Source: Macrostomum lignano
Lineage: Eukaryota
Assembly (NCBI GenBank): GCA_002269645.1
Contig: NIVC01000307.1
Span: 248,001 to 312,000, forward strand
Direction: 5' to 3'
DNA: 64,000 nt
The notes under the pieces are model-generated. The model was not told where the DNA came from. It did not search any database and worked only from the letters and a program-made list of their open reading frames with translations. Position numbers and translations under genes: made by a program. Below are positions 26,401 through 60,265 of the stretch, piece by piece. The stretch's first letter is position 1, and every line of letters starts with the position of its first letter.

Positions 26401-27737
26401 TGTATTTGAGAGGCTAAATTAGTTTCAGAAGTGTATTTGTGAGGCTAAATTAGTGTCAGAAGTGTATTTGTGAGGCTAAATTAGTGTCAGAAGTGTAATT
26501 AGGAGGCTAAGTTAGTGTCAGAAGTGTATTTAGGAGGCTAAATTAGTGTCAGAAGTGTATTTAGGAGGCTAAATTAGTGTCAGAAGTGTATTTGAGAGGC
26601 TAAATTAGTGTCAGAAGTGTATTTAGGAGGCTAAATTAGTGTCAGAAGTTTATTTTAGGTAGCTAAATTAGTGTCAGAAGTGTATTTGAGAGGCTAAATT
26701 AGTGTCAGAAGTGTATTTGAAAGGCTAGATTAGTGTCAGAAGTGTATTTGTGAGGCTAAATTAGTGTCAGAAGTGTAATTAGGAGGCTAAATTAGTGTCA
26801 GAAGTGTATTTAGGAGGCTAAATTAGTGTCAGAAGTGTATTTTAGGTAGCTAAATTAGTGTCAGAAGTGTATTTAGATGGCTAAATTAGTGTCAGAAGTG
26901 TATTTAGGAGGCTAAGTTAGTGTCAGAAGTGTATTTGAGAGGCTAAATTAGTTTCAGAAGTGTATTTGAGAGGCTAAATTAGTGTCAGAAGTGTATTTGT
27001 GAGGCTAAATTAGTGTCAGAAGTGTATTTAGGAGGCTAAATTAGTGTCAGAAGTGTATTTGAGAGGCTAAATTAGTGTCAGAAGTGTATTTGAGAGGCTA
27101 AATTAGTGTCAGAAGTGTATTTGTGAGGCTAAATTAGTGTCAGAAGTGTAATTAGGAGGCTAAGTTAGTGTCAGAAGTGTATTTAGGAGGCTAAATTAGT
27201 GTCAGAAGTGTATTTAGATGGCTAAATTAGTGTCAGAAGTGTATTTGAGAGGCTAAATTAGTGTCAGAAGTGTATTTAGGAGGCTAAATTAGTGTCAGAA
27301 GTGTATTTAGGAGGCTAGATTAGTGTCAGAAGTGTATTTGTGAGGCTAAATTAGTGTCAGAAGTGTATTTAGGAGGCTAAATTAGTGTATTTTAGGTAGC
27401 TAAATTAGTGTCAGAATTGTATTTTAGTTAGCTAAATTAGTGTCAGAAGTGTATTTCAGTCCCTAACTTGGTGTCCCTTATTGACGAAATGAGTGTCAGG
27501 TGTCGCTAGTTGCACAGTCAGTCAGAAAGGTGCCGCTAGACAATGTCCCTAAAGTCGCTGATCCCTCGTCAACCGCCAGACCCCGAGGAGGACATGGAAG
27601 CCACCGATATGTTGGTCGGCAACGCCAGGGCACTGATGGACGCAGTCTCCCAGACTGTGCAAGTTGCTGAGGGCGCCAGCATCAAAATTCGAGTAGACGC
27701 TGGCGCGGTGATGAAATGGCGAAAACGGACGAAATGA
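5258..27737 (+). CDS. VCL: Vinculin, 15 coding exons, 1112 aa (gene span)
   Basis: Exons 5258-5317, 6684-6974, 8054-8188, 12052-12223, 12857-13239, 14391-14918, 16050-16431, 16917-17207, 17496-18022, 18888-19003, 20689-20812, 20891-20978, 21855-21914, 25097-25120, 27580-27737. All GT-AG, phases consistent, total 3339 nt. Motifs: N-term YHTKIIATILEPISQQ, KLVEGSRGILQGT, WDESEVRKIV, proline-rich linker, tail AARSLHQQVTQYSSEDNEIIAAA, KIPTIGTQLKILTAVKAT, EATDMLVGNARALM..AEGASIKIRVDAG. Confidence 0.93.
5918..6177. mobile_element. PIF/Harbinger-like MITE (260 bp) in vinculin intron 1
   Basis: Perfect 15-bp TIR GGGCCTTTTCATATT...AATATGAAAAGGCCC, a further sub-terminal inverted match TTCCAGAACCAGAA, and TTT on both flanks (3-bp TSD). 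Superfamily inferred from the GGGCC termini and 3-bp TSD. Confidence 0.75.
6684..6974 (+). CDS. VCL: Vinculin exon 2 (ISNLIVLYES...VEGSRGILQ)
   Basis: ctgctcag| acceptor, CAG|GTAATT donor, phase 0-0. Confidence 0.92.
7021..7968 (+). repeat. 33-bp minisatellite (TAGATAGATCTAGTCTAGTGTAGCTATAACCTG), about 28 near-identical copies
   Basis: Period 33; fills vinculin intron 2. Confidence 0.95.
8054..8188 (+). CDS. VCL: Vinculin exon 3 (GTHEILLAWDESEVRKIV...HFIQ)
   Basis: taccgcag| acceptor, CAG|GTCAGT donor, phase 0-0. Confidence 0.92.
8232..9095 (+). repeat. 20-bp pyrimidine-rich minisatellite (CCCTCTCAGCCCCTGTGTCT)
   Basis: Period 20, decays at the 3' end; 5' part of vinculin intron 3. Confidence 0.95.
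9878..12003 (+). repeat. 15-bp purine-rich minisatellite (GAGGAGATTGAGA[G/T]G-type), about 2.1 kb
   Basis: Period 15; source of the SEEIE/RRLRV/SQSPH repeat ORFs; 3' part of vinculin intron 3. Confidence 0.95.
12052..12223 (+). CDS. VCL: Vinculin exon 4 (EDLNVLLPRVNQAVLGRANELL...LILLLT)
   Basis: catcacag| acceptor, A|GTGAGT donor, phase 0-1. Confidence 0.85.
12335..12715 (+). repeat. About 34-bp minisatellite with palindromic GGGAATTCCC core, about 11 copies
   Basis: Repeating TTTTGGGAATTCCCCATAACTTTAA; vinculin intron 4. Confidence 0.9.
12857..13239 (+). CDS. VCL: Vinculin exon 5
   Basis: ccctccgcag| acceptor, CAG|GTAATT donor, phase 1-0. Confidence 0.88.
13325..14280 (+). repeat. About 23-bp minisatellite grading from AGAATCAACCCTAAACTACCCCT to AGAATCGCCCCTAAACCACCTGC
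   Basis: Two related unit types in tandem; vinculin intron 5. Confidence 0.9.
14391..14918 (+). CDS. VCL: Vinculin exon 6
   Basis: aatccccag| acceptor, CAG|GTGAGA donor, phase 0-0; contains FLDPMGPIKRLVDCA. Confidence 0.88.
14940..15995 (+). repeat. 12-bp GAGAATCGCCCC minisatellite with a 252-bp higher-order duplication
   Basis: The GAATTGCCCCAAAG variant recurs at about 15224, 15476 and 15727. Confidence 0.9.
16050..16431 (+). CDS. VCL: Vinculin exon 7 (AGQLSEAAELVA...QLNRLAPQLANAGRARL...)
   Basis: aattccag| acceptor, G|GTTAGT donor, phase 0-1. Confidence 0.88.
16565..16880 (+). repeat. 23-bp minisatellite (TCTGGTCATAGGATGGTCATATG)
   Basis: Period 23; vinculin intron 7. Confidence 0.9.
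16917..17207 (+). CDS. VCL: Vinculin exon 8 (FVAATSAAARRANRAVQLLQADAENC...)
   Basis: ttctcctcag| acceptor, A|GTGAGT donor, phase 1-1; resembles vinculin GATSIARRANRIL..KREVENS. Confidence 0.9.
17208..17482 (+). repeat. (TCTG)n microsatellite filling vinculin intron 8
   Basis: Starts at the donor; source of the SVCL repeat in the 17027-18061 ORF. Confidence 0.95.
17496..18022 (+). CDS. VCL: Vinculin exon 9, proline-rich linker (PQPQPPPPPPK x2, ADDYAQID, SQPIL)
   Basis: catcacag| acceptor, CTG|GTGAGC donor, phase 1-0. Confidence 0.88.
18060..18770 (+). repeat. 21-bp minisatellite (AATCCCAGATTCCTGATCCCA) with dimeric higher order
   Basis: PRFLIPN/PIFLIPN alternation in translation; vinculin intron 9. 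Confidence 0.93.
18888..19003 (+). CDS. VCL: Vinculin exon 10, tail (EAARSLHQQVTQYSSEDNEIIAAAEKISLLFARLNQIM)
   Basis: tgtttttcag| acceptor, AA|GTGAGA donor, phase 0-2. Confidence 0.93.
19070..20600 (+). repeat. Purine-rich array: 16/18-bp GTAGAGATAGGAGAGA units, then 39-bp GAAGGTTGATCAGAGGG units
   Basis: Source of the LLSPISTLSYLYS minus-strand ORFs; vinculin intron 10. Confidence 0.93.
20689..20812 (+). CDS. VCL: Vinculin exon 11 (KKDLLDTAKAIVEASQNVTRIGNSLASRCTD)
   Basis: ttttctcaag| acceptor, GGC|GTGAGT donor, phase 2-0. Confidence 0.93.
20891..20978 (+). CDS. VCL: Vinculin exon 12 (SLLRSCQKIPTIGTQLKILTAVKATTMLG)
   Basis: cttttttcag| acceptor, G|GTGAGC donor, phase 0-1. Confidence 0.94.
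21165..21760 (+). repeat. 17-bp minisatellite (GCTCCGAATTCCCCACA)
   Basis: Period 17; vinculin intron 12. Confidence 0.93.
21855..21914 (+). CDS. VCL: Vinculin candidate exon 13, 60 nt (EAERQQLMKNQLLKSEKDSE)
   Basis: gataaag| acceptor (weak), AAG|GTAATT donor, phase 1-1, open in frame. Confidence 0.6.
22660..23790 (+). repeat. 23-bp minisatellite (CTGACCTAAGAATCGTCCCTAAG and variants)
   Basis: Period 23, about 48 copies. Confidence 0.93.
24505..24915 (+). repeat. 43-47-bp minisatellite (GCCACCCCAAAATGTACACACTGGCATAGACAAACCGGCACCCACCC)
   Basis: About 9 copies. Confidence 0.9.
25097..25120 (+). CDS. VCL: Vinculin candidate 24-nt microexon 14 (ANDPPASY)
   Basis: tgttttcttttaccag| acceptor and A|GTGAGT donor; phase 1-1, in frame, no stop. 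Confidence 0.6.
25465..27455 (+). repeat. 31-bp minisatellite (CTAAATTAGTGTCAGAAGTGTATTTGAGAGG) with a 653-bp higher-order duplication
   Basis: Diagnostic variants recur 653 bp apart (TTCAG variant 25771/26424; GAAAG variant 26066/26719). Confidence 0.93.
27580..27737 (+). CDS. VCL: Vinculin terminal exon (PEEDMEATDMLVGNARALMDAVSQTVQVAEGASIKIRVDAGAVMKWRKRTK*)
   Basis: aaccgccag| acceptor phase 1; TGA at 27735-27737; AATAAA at about 27883. Confidence 0.93.
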
Positions 27738-27894
27738 ATGATTTTATAATGCTTTGGTTGGTAATTCCGTGATTAGTGAACTTTAGAATTTACGCTAGAG
27801 TTGCTTCATTTTCAAACTCGATCTTTTTTATTGTTATTGTCGTGAAGACAATAAGTAAATTTATTGATTTATTGTCTTGTTTAATAAAGAGTTA

Positions 27895-28625
27895 CGTGAC
27901 ACCGCTTTGTTTGGATTCAAATAGTAACGTGACGCCAATTTGCGCTTGCTGAGTCACGTGACGCCAATTTAGGCTTGTTGAATCACGTGACACCTCTCTG
28001 ATTAGATTCAAACAGTCACGTGACGCCAATTTGCGCTTTCTGAGTCACGTTACGCCAATTTAGGCTTGTTGAATCACGTGACACCTCTCTGATTAGATTC
28101 AAACAGTCACGTGACGCCAATTTGCGCTTTCTGAGTCACGTTACGCCAATTTAGGCTTGCTAAATCACGTGACGCCAATTTAGGCTTGCTGATTCACGTG
28201 ACGCCAATTTAGGCTTGCTGATTCACGTGACGCCAATTTAGGCTTGCTGAATCACGTGACGCCAATTTAGGCTTGTTGAATCACGTGAAACCTCTCTGAT
28301 TAGATTCAAACAGTCACGTGACGCCAATTTGCGCTTTCTGAGTCACTTGACGCCAATTTAAGCTTGCTGAGTCACGTGACACCTCTCTGATTAGATTCAA
28401 ACAGTCACGTGACGCCAATTTGCGCTTGGTGAGTCACGTGACGCCAATTTAAGCTTGCTGAGTCACGTGACGCCAATTTAGGCTTGCTGAATCACGTGAC
28501 GCCAATTTAGGCTTGCTGAGTCACGTGACGCCAATTTAGGCTTGCTGAATCACGTGACACCTCTCTGATTAGATTCAAACAGTCACGTGACCCTTATTTA
28601 GGCTTGCTTAGTCACGTGACACCTC
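27895..28625 (+). repeat. 29-bp minisatellite (with longer variants) carrying GTCACGTGAC/TCACGTGA plus GCCAAT
   Basis: Unit GACGCCAATTTAGGCTTGCTGA[G/A/T]TCACGT; starts just after the vinculin polyA signal. Confidence 0.9.
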
Positions 28626-29407
28626 TTGCATTGTTAGAAAGCAGTGTATTATATATATAACATGCACATTTTATTTGCAGGCAAAAACACAAATTTCAAA
28701 GTAGGTTTATCTGCACTAACCCCAGCTGCAAAATTCCTAACAATTTATATTAATGCTTCTAGTCTAACGATTGTCATTGTATTCCAAATTGTAGGTATTA
28801 TACATTAATATAATATTATATTTCCAATCAATGCTATATATCGCTTCCTGACTATTTGCTGTTAACTCTGTTTTCCAATCGCATACCCTTATTTAATTAG
28901 GCCTAACCATTTTAAAATAAAGCTTAGTCAAACAGTATGTTACCGCTCTGTAATAGAAATTATATTTAATATTAATTTTCAAGTATTTTCTGGCTAAATC
29001 GCCTATTTCAATTTCAGTAGCTCCGCTAAACAAGAATTCAAAACCATTAAATTTAAATTGGTGCTTTTCTTAACCTGTTCTCATTATAACGCATAAATCA
29101 TGTATTGTTATATTAGCTAATTATCAATTAATTTGAATTGCTGATTTTTCATCTCCATTGAGTGTACACATTAAGAAATATTAATTATGGATGATTTTTT
29201 TTCTAAAATGAATATGATTCTGGAATCATATATTTACATTTAAGTGCCCCAAACTCATGAAGCTTATAAATTTTAACAAATATATTTTAATATGAGGCTG
29301 GACTTTTGTTCAAGTAGCATGTCATGCCATGCTTTTGCTGAATGCTGACCTTCTCATGCATATTCATGTCATTTCAATGTTTTGTTTGTTTGATTTCCTT
29401 TGTTGTC

Positions 29408-30100
29408 CAGTGGATTGCTAATCTATAGCCTATGGATTAAGGAATAGAATGGATTGCTAATCTATAGTGTATGGATTAAGGAATAGAATGGATTGCTAAT
29501 CTATAGCCTATGGATTAAGGAATAGAATGGATTGCTAATCTATAGCCTATGGATTAAGGAATAGAATGGATTGCTAATCTATAGTGTATGGATTAAGGAA
29601 TAGAACGGATTGCTAATCTATAGCCTATGGATTAAGGAGTAGAATGGATTGCTAATCTATAGCCTATGGATTAAGGAATAGAACGGATTGCTAATCTATA
29701 GCCTATGGATTAAGGAATAGAATGGATTGCTAATCTATAGCCTATGGATTAAGGAATAGAACGGATTGCTAATCTATAGCCTATGGATTAAGGAGTAGAA
29801 TGGATTGCTAATCTATAGCCTATGGATTAAGGAATAGAATGGATTGCTAATCTATAGTGTATGGATTAAGGAATAGGATGGATTGCTAATCTATAGCCTA
29901 TGGATTAAGGAATAGAACGGATTGCTAATCTATAGCCTATGGATTAAGGAATAGAATGGATTGCTAATCTATAGCCTATGGATTAAGGAATAGAACGGAT
30001 TGCTAATCTATAGCCTATGGATTAAGGAGTAGAATGGATTGCTAATCTATAGCCTATAGATTAAGGAATAGAATGGATTGCTAATCTATAGCCTATAGAT
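29408..30100 (+). repeat. 39-bp satellite, segment 1 (GAATGGATTGCTAATCTATAGCCTATGGATTAAGGAATA)
   Basis: Period 39, about 18 copies; interrupted at 30100 by the LTR element. Confidence 0.95.
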
Positions 30101-32566
30101 TATAATGGCTATAGTAGGAAAGGCCGGAGTTTGCTGAGACTGCAGGTCTTTGCTGAAGAATGCCAGCGCCTGGCTACTGGCTATCGTGCGCTTGAGGTCG
30201 ATGAAAGCTGCCTCTTGATGGTCGCCCCACGTCCACTCTGCCCCGTGCTTTGTCAGATCTCGGAGCGGCCGTGCCCTGTCGGACAGGTTGCTAATGAAGC
30301 GAGCGACAAAGGTGACGAGGCCAAGGAAGGACCGGACCTCGGTAGCGTTGGTCGGTCTTTTGAAGCAGTTGATGGCCGCCACCTTCTCCGTGCTGGGATG
30401 GATTCCGGCTGCTGTGAGGCGCATGGCGAGGAAGTCGACTTCTTGCTGCGCGAACCTGCACTTCGCCGGGTTGAGGGTGGTCTCGCAGCCGCTGCAGACA
30501 GTCGCGCAGTCGCTGGTTGTGCTCTTCGATACACTTGGCGTAGATGAGGATGTCGTCGTGTACCCAGCGCACGCCGGGGAGTCCGCTCAGAACAGTCGTC
30601 ATCACGCGCTGCAGGATTTCGGAGGCTGACGTATGGCCCATGCAGAGGCGCCTCAGTCGCATAAGACCTAGTGGCGTTGAGAAGGTCAGGAGCTCCCTCG
30701 AGTCTTCGGCCACCTCGATTTGGTGAAAGGCCTTGGCGACATCTAACTCTGAGAAACATGTTGATCCGGCCATCTCGTCCGTGACCTCCTCAAATGTGGG
30801 AATCGGTTGCTTCTCGGGAATCACGAATTTGTTGACCTCGCGGAGATCCTGGGTGATGCGGATTCGTCCCTTGTCGTCCTTTGGAACAGCCACCATTCTT
30901 GAGCACCATGTAGGTCCGTGGACACGCTCGATGATGCCTTGAACAAGCTGCTCTTCCAGCTCTTTTCTGACGATGTCTCTGAGGTGCACTGGCACGCGTG
31001 ATGGTGCTTGGCATGTTGGCGTGGCATCGGGGCGCAGCTTGATGGAGACGCGGACGCCTTTGACGCAGCCGATGCCGTGAAATCGATCCTCGAATTCGGT
31101 CAGGATGCTTTGCAGCTGCGGGTTGTCGGTCGGGTGCTGGTCGTTGATGCTTCGTGACCCGGTGAGACCTGCCACTAATACGGGTTGCTTGTTGGCTCCT
31201 GGGCCGACCTGTAGCATGCCGAGCTCGGTGCTGGTCTGTCTCCCGATGATGGGGGGGGATGCAGCTGCTTTTTATGATGATGAAGTTCGGCTGCAGCTTG
31301 TGCCCGTTTGCCGTCACGACCAGCCTGGCTTGTCCCTCAACGGCCAGCGGTTGGCTTGCGCCAAGTGGGAAAACCCTTGTGCTGCAGGGCTCGATCCTGG
31401 TGTCCGGGTTGCTGATCCGCCTGAAGGTGCACAGGTCGAGCACGTTGCAACTCGCTCCGCTGTCGATGAGCGCCCTAACTGCGAGGCCATTGATGCTGAT
31501 GACGAACTTAGCGCTCCCGTTCTTGTCTTCCAGCGTGCAGAACACTTCCTCGTATAACTGGTCGGTCGGCTCGTCCGAGTCGTGGCCAAGTGCGTTGATG
31601 CAAGAACAGCTACTGAGACAGGCCTTAGCGAGGTGGTTCATCTTGCCACAGCTATCGCACTTCTTACCCTGGGCCTTGTTGCAGCTTCGGTGTCCAGACT
31701 CTCCGCAGCGGATGCATTTGCTTTTGGTCTTTGGCGGCTCGTAGACTGGCTGACCCACCTGGCTGGCGGCGGCGCGGCATGCTGAGGTCTTCGGAGGTGG
31801 CACCGCTTTTCGACATGATGGCGGCTTGCTTTTCGGCCGCCTCATGAGTTCTTGCCAGCTGTAGAGTGTCTGCGAGGCTCATGTTTGGCACGTTTAAGAG
31901 TCGCTTCCTGAGGGCATCGCTGCGGCAACAGGCCACGATTTGATCTCGGATCAGTGACTGCTGCAGGTCTCCAAACTGGCACGCTTCTGATGCGCTCCAC
32001 AGTCTGCTGTACCATGAGTCAATCTGTTCGCCATCCTCTTGAAGGCATTCCGGAATTGGTATCTGATGAAGACGACATTGTCGCGGCCTTTGCGCTTTGG
32101 CCATCTGCGATAGTTTCGCTGTTAGCGATCTCTTTGTACATGTCGCTGATATCCTTTCCGGCCGTGTAGAGCAGAATTTCCCGCTTTTGGGCCTCATTGG
32201 TGATGCCGCTGGCCGCCAGGTAGCGCTGTAGGTTGTCAGCCCATTCTTGCCAACGTCTGCTGACTGTGTGTGGGTCTTCTCTAATGCTGAATGATGCTGG
32301 GGGCGGCAGTTGCAAGGCCATGGCTCGCGCTCTTGCGACGCCAATGTAATGGCTATAGTAGGAAAGGCCGGAGTTTGCTGAGACAAAAGGTGGAGCCCTG
32401 CTAGGTGGGCTGATCAATATTTATTCATTTTGACTATGGATAAAATCACGCCACCCGAGTGGGGGGGGGTAGAGATTCGCCGCACTTAAAGTGCATGAAT
32501 TTGTACATACTGTACGCAAGGCTGATGTACATATAAATTGGGCTCGCGCGAGCACTACGAGCTACA
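30101..32566 (-). mobile_element. Internally deleted Ty3/Gypsy (Mag-clade-like) LTR retrotransposon
   Basis: 5' LTR 32345-32566 (222 bp, TG...CA, AATAAA on the minus strand); PBS TGGCGTCGCAAG at 32343 downward; gag ATG at 32321; only the terminal 40 bp of the 3' LTR remain (30101-30140). GAT(TA) is duplicated at both junctions. RNase H and integrase are absent. Confidence 0.92.
30141..32321 (-). pseudogene. Frameshifted gag-protease-RT of the LTR element
   Basis: Gag RRWQEWADNLQRYLAASGI..., LIRDQIV..LRKRLL; two zinc knuckles (CIRCGESGH, CDSCGKMNHLAKAC); protease ALIDSGASCNV; RT WCSRMVAVPK, ITQDLREVNK, ELDVAKAFHQI, WVHDDILIY, EVRSFLGLVTF. Spread over at least five frame segments; ends at LAFFSKDLQ. 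Confidence 0.9.
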
Positions 32567-33175
32567 GATTAAGGAATAGAATGGATTACTAATCTATAGC
32601 GTAGGGGGGCCGTAGCCCAGCGGTAGCGCAGCTGCTCTGGTGGGCCAGCGACCCAGGCTCGATTCCAAGTGCAGTCACATTAATTTGGGGCTGAATTGGA
32701 ATCTCGGCTTGGCTCTGCTCGTGCAATTAACGGCCTTGAGAGCCAACCCCCCAAGGCGCAGTGAAGTGTACATGCCTAACGATAATATAAAGTTAGGGCC
32801 GCTGTACACTCCTGTGTGAGTGTGTGCCTGCGAACGTATCCGCGCGCTTGTGTGCCTGCTCAGGGGAGTCGGCGGAATGGGCAGTAATGCCTCTCGCCGG
32901 TTGTGTGCCTATGTCGCTTAAAGTGCGCCAGGGTGCACACAACCCCCCTGCCTCTATAAAATAAAAATAAATAAATCTATAGCGTATGGATTAAGGAATA
33001 GGATGGATTGCCAATCTATAGCCTATAGATTAAGGAATAGAATGGATTGCTAATCTATAGTGTATGGATTAAGGAATGGAATGGATTGCTAATCTATAGT
33101 GTAAGGATTAAGGAATGGACAGGATAATTGCTAATCTATAGCGTATGGATTAAGGAATAGAATAGATTGCTAATA
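32567..33175 (+). repeat. 39-bp satellite, segment 2 (split by the SINE)
   Basis: Same unit resumes in phase after the LTR and again after the SINE. Confidence 0.9.
32604..32973 (+). mobile_element. tRNA-derived SINE (about 370 bp)
   Basis: tRNA-like head GGGGGCCGTAGCCCAGCGGTAG (A box) ...GGCTCGATTCC (B box variant); A-rich tail ATAAAATAAAAATAAATA; 13-bp TSD AATCTATAGCGTA at 32591-32603 and 32974-32986. Confidence 0.88.
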
Positions 33176-33840
33176 TGTGCCTCCATATCAAGGCAAAGAA
33201 TAGGAATAACAATCTGTCTTGTGGATCAGGTGAATTTCATAACTGGAGTGCAATTGTCTCTACAATGCTTGCTGTTTCGCCTCTCGGAGAATACAGCAAC
33301 TGGTTTAGTCTAGCGGCTCTGCATGCAATTGACAATAGCAGTTAGTAAACCAGGCGGCCTATTGTTGTTTTTAGCGTTTCGGATGTAGCTAGGTCTGCCC
33401 AGATGCCCGAGTGCAGTGGCCCCGGTAAAGAAGTGAGGGGGTGTCAAACCTGCGCCGCTTATAAATTTGGAAATAGCTTGCCGCTCGAGAGATGAGATGA
33501 ATTCAATAGAGGATAGGGGCTGGGGATGAAGAGGGAATAAGCTCCGCTTGCAGTTCCCTCCCCAGAGCTTAGAGCTGCCCGCCCACCTCTCGTCTCCATA
33601 TGCAAGAGGCAATGGAAGAGAGCCAATCACTGCCGATCTCAAGAACGGGAACGAGGGTATATTACTCTGCGCACCTTAAACTGCGCTTCTCTCTTTGTGT
33701 CTCGCAGCAAGATCCGTTGTTTTTATTTATTTACCATGCTTTGTAGTAAACTTCCATCTGTGTATGTAGGGTATTGAAGAGGAAAAATATATAATAGTTT
33801 GGTTCATTTTATAATAACTTTTATCCTCAGCCTGTTACCG

Positions 33841-59833
<25,993 letters not shown>

Positions 59834-59944
59834 AAAAATCCAATTTTTTGGTAGTATTTCTGGTGTAGCTTCTATTGGACTGATAGATTGTCGCGTTAGT
59901 GTTCATTGACCTTACCTATGCTGTACGAGTATGGCTGTAGATTA

Positions 59945-60265
59945 TCCATTTCTTGGAAAAGGATGCGTGTACGTGAAAATCATTTCTTAGAAAGGCGCTG
60001 AATATTACTGTTTCTTGGAAAGTTTATCGATTATCGATAATCATCCCTGTTTCCTGGAATGTTACGCTCGTATTTACGCACTAAATTCCTATTTCTAGGA
60101 AAGTGACGAATGCAATAATAATTCCCGTTTCTTCGAAAAGTTACTGCGCGATGATGATTATCGTTTCTTAGAAAGTTGACGTGAGCAATAATAATTCCTG
60201 TTTCTTGGAAAGCGATGCTCGCTGCCCGCGTTTGCGTTTTTGTTGTCCTCTTTCTTAGAAATCGT
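59945..60265. repeat. Degenerate about 37-bp array with a conserved TTTC-N3-GAAA palindromic core (9 copies)
   Basis: TTCNNNGAA at 59950, 59984, 60012, 60051, 60093, 60129, 60165, 60202 and 60252. Confidence 0.8.

Noticed and set aside
32604-32680. Possible tRNA gene
   Set aside because: The 3' acceptor strand does not pair back to give a cloverleaf, there is no T-run terminator, and it continues into a body, A-tail and TSD, so it is a SINE head.
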